64,000 nt of DNA from Phoronis australis. Taxonomy: Eukaryota > Animalia > Phoronida. A program made the position numbers and the translations under genes. The notes under the pieces are model-generated. The model saw only the letters and a program-made list of their open reading frames with translations, made no database searches and was not told the DNA's origin. Positions 60,817-64,000 of this stretch are shown here, piece by piece; the first letter of the stretch is position 1; every line of letters begins with the position of its first letter. Where the stretch lies: the NCBI GenBank assembly GCA_002633005.1, contig NMRA01000746.1, positions 62,001 through 126,000 on the forward strand. Reading direction: 5' to 3'.

Positions 60817-62439
60817 TAATTTTAAAACTGCTCTGACTCTGAACTTGACAGCTACCATGGGACTGTAACCATTAATTTGATGTCTGCCGTCTCGACCTTT
60901 TCAACACGTGAAGCTTGCAGGCGCGCACTTTTGCAGGTGTCACTATGTCAGAATAGTTGCAATCCAAGTGGAGTGTTGTGTGGTCATTAGTCGTCTGCAC
61001 ACTTCATCTCTAACAAAGTAACAAGGCCGTAGGACGGCACTGGTCTATTACTCAGCAATTTTGAAAATTGTGAATGACTAAAAGTCTGAGGGCAGCAGAA
61101 CCTTTATTGGGATTGTCCGCTGTCATGACATTTTTAGTGTCAGTTGGCGACATGATGATAATTAAAGCTCTTGAAAATTACCGAATAAGCCTGTCGTGTG
61201 GGGACTCGGATCACAAGGTAACATTAACCGCCCAGGGTGGTTTTTTCTCGTATAAGCGCCCATGTTCAGTTAACCGCCCACCCGCAATTTCTTGAAATTT
61301 CACAAATAAGTGCCCATGTCTGGTTGACCGTCCATCCCCGATTTTTTAGGTTGCCAATTTAACCACCCACAGCGATAAGTCAAACATTTTCGATATTACA
61401 AATGTAACACAAACCTTGCGCTTGACTATATTACCTTAGGAAAGTAGTAGTCACTTAATTTATACTTCCTTTCTTGCCACGCTTTTGTTATATGGCATGT
61501 CAACCAGGTTACACCTCTGTTGATGGTTGCCAGCACATTCATTTGCCCATCTATAACCTGAAAAATATTGAAATCTAACTTTAGAATCTCAGTTAACACA
61601 AAACAAAACTAATTTCTATGTTGAATGAAAAATGGTATAAATAAGCCTGCTGTCGGGACTCGACTTGTTCACATTAGGAAAGAGCAGATGTCATGATTTT
61701 ACATAATGTTAGCCTCTGACTAGAGATCTCATCGAGGTTCCACAGCGTACATGCACCTTCCTATTTTGACTCTTTACAGCTGCTCACTAATTCTAAGGAA
61801 ACTATCTCATGCTCAACAAAAATGTGGAATTATATAGAGTCTGAGAAATATTACAAATAAAACAATTTTTCCTGAGTGAAGCCCATTAAGAACCATTGTC
61901 CGTGAATGCTATGCAATGTTACAGATCGAGAATTTTCATTTGCCGAGTACTCATTCAAGTTCCAATACAGACTGCTAAACATACCCTATCATTTAGCCGT
62001 CCAAATAAGGAATCCAGATCACTTTGTTCAACGTTCACACTTATGGGACGAAAGGGTGGCTGATCTGCTATCATATGTGGCATTGGTGGGGCATTCTCTT
62101 GCTGTGGCTTCTGCATAGAGTCTACGAAATAAGATTATTTTCAGATGATCAAGTTAAAAAATTACTAAAAGCTGTTAATACTAATTATAATGATGGCTTT
62201 TGCCGATCAGCACACAAATGATAGCCGTTCGGCATCAGTTTGGGGCACTCGGTACTAACCTGTGCGCCGTTTCAAATCCATTGTATCGAAACGTCCACAA
62301 CTCCAAAGTACATATGTCTGCAGCTGAATAACATTGATTATGTTAAAAAATAACTAAAAGCAGTTAATTATCTGTCTATTTCTATCAATTGTTTTCCCCA
62401 ATCATTGCGTTTGACAGTCAGTCGGCAACAGTTTGGCGC

Positions 62440-63213
62440 TCTCGCTGTTACCCATGCGTCCTTAGAAATTTTGGGGCCCAGATTTTTTTGAAGCATCCAT
62501 TTTCAGGTGGATTTAAGGTATTTTATGTCACCTAATGGCCATTTTTACTGTTTTCGTTTTAAGGATGATTTTGAAAATTGGCATATATTTCTTAGTATGA
62601 AGAGGATAGTTGGCGATGACAATGTCGGCTACTTTGGTGCTTCCTAGTGGTGGTTTTGTTTTGTTTTGCGCCCATAGCTGTATCTCCTAAACCCATTGCC
62701 GGGTCTTTATTAAAAGGAGTGAGTGTATTTAATGGAAGCTAACAATAGATGGCGACTTTCAGCACACTGCGCCCCTAGTGGCAGTTTCATTTTTATGTGC
62801 TTGCATATTTATATGTGGACGCATTATGCCGTCATCTTCTTCCGTCTGGCGTCTGCTGCTCTATCTCTAAAACGCCTGGATGTATTTTCATGAAATTTTA
62901 CACGTGTGTTTTTTCTGTGAATGGGACGGCATGAGCGAACTTTTGGACAGGTCCGACTACCAGTGTGCCCCCTAGTGGCAATTTTATTTTTTTACGTTTA
63001 CCTCTGTATCTTCAAAAGTCATGAATGGATTTTCATAAAATTTGGTATATAGGCACCTATTAGTGAGATGACGCTGTGCTCCCGTTTTCAAATGGATTCA
63101 ATGTAGTTTGTGCCATCTAGTGGCTATTTTCATGATACAAATACATAACACTAGCGGCACACCGTTTGCCGTGTATTCGTGAGCGCATTTTGACACTCTG
63201 CGTTGCTCTTGTT
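62440..63213 (+). mobile_element. HINE/DINE-1-like repeat, rearranged copy
   Basis: Central subunit, then the 5' block (atatttatatgtggacgcattatgccgtc), then the 3' end gtgagcgcatttt...ttgctcttgttt. Confidence 0.7.
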
Positions 63214-63270
63214 TATATGATAGGTAGGGCTGTAGAGATTGTTTTCAAATGACACCCACATAACAGGGAG

Positions 63271-63503
63271 CAGTGGCAGATCTACGTTTTCAGTGAGAGG
63301 GGGTTTAGGATTCCCGCAAATCCGAAGCGCGTAGAACCGAGCAGAGGGAATGTTGGGAGGGGGTTTCTGCCGTCCCATGTAATGTTTTTTAGTTTTTAGT
63401 AGCTGATTTCATTTTCCTGTTGACATTTATTTTTAATTTTTATTTTTGATCTTGTCCCAAAAGGGGTTTGAACACCTGAACATCACCCCTAGATCCGCTT
63501 CTG
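63271..63503. mobile_element. Small MITE with hAT-like ends
   Basis: CAGTGGCAGATCTA ... TAGATCCGCTTCTG imperfect TIR; no clear 8-bp TSD. Confidence 0.5.
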
Positions 63504-64000
63504 GAGATATTCAATTGAATTCCTCTCCTTGATGAAGCTCTGCAAGAGGTGCCCGGGGCATTGGTAGCAGGCGGAGGAGTGTTGGGTAATTTCCAGGCTG
63601 CTGAATGGTCATGTGTTGAAACATCATTGTGATGTCTATCACTTCTCCAATTTGTCTTTTCGGTGCTTGTCTTTGAAGTCAGGATACGCTTGGTCTACCC
63701 ACAGTTAAATAATTTGTGACTGTTAGAAAATAATTTTGCTATAAAATGCACTGACTGCAACCCTGATTAAGAAGAGTGTCACTCTGCTTGAAAGTACACA
63801 TCTCATTTGGTACATTTGTAGCAACTACAAACTAGGGTTTTGTGATCAAGATTAACTTACCGAGGCATTGCGTACCTTTTGGCAGAAAGTCACATTTTAA
63901 GTATTATTGTTGGATGGAATGTATACGCCTTGAAGAGATAGCCTTGACTGGAACTCCATAAGAAGAATGCCTGTGCATCTCTCTAGCTATTATAAGTACT

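Noticed and set aside
63505-63697. Open minus-strand frame (TKRILTSK...PNTPPPATNAPG) as an exon of a neighbouring gene
   Set aside because: Weak acceptor, no recognisable homology, and at the window edge, so it cannot be supported here.

Overview
Eukaryotic, AT-rich, intron-containing animal DNA. The katanin sequence closely resembles sea-urchin p60 as I recall it, so an echinoderm or related invertebrate deuterostome is plausible. The window has five main parts. (1) A complete 10-coding-exon katanin p60 gene on the minus strand (399-7412, 493 aa) with a probable bidirectional promoter near 9.9 kb. (2) Two paralogous uncharacterised minus-strand genes (22534-27330 and 34081-~51954). They are built from symmetric phase-1 micro-exons plus a terminal exon encoding a conserved Pro-kinked hydrophobic segment and a conserved C-terminal motif. 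In the larger paralog a two-exon cassette has been triplicated by tandem duplications of 2.5-4 kb. (3) A spliced Ulp1/SENP-like (peptidase C48) gene or pseudogene with an intact His-Asp-Cys triad (56.0-59.2 kb), lying between two inverted TIR elements that carry HIRAN-like coding remnants. (4) Many transposon relics: two L1/Tx1-like LINEs, a Kolobok-type element with a THAP remnant, Helentron-associated HINE/DINE-like repeats, Harbinger-like MITEs, foldback elements and tRNA-derived SINE heads. (5) A near-perfect 60-bp hairpin, a periodic 17-bp motif array and a 184-N assembly gap. All gene models were spliced by hand from GT-AG signals and frame continuity; no database searches were run.
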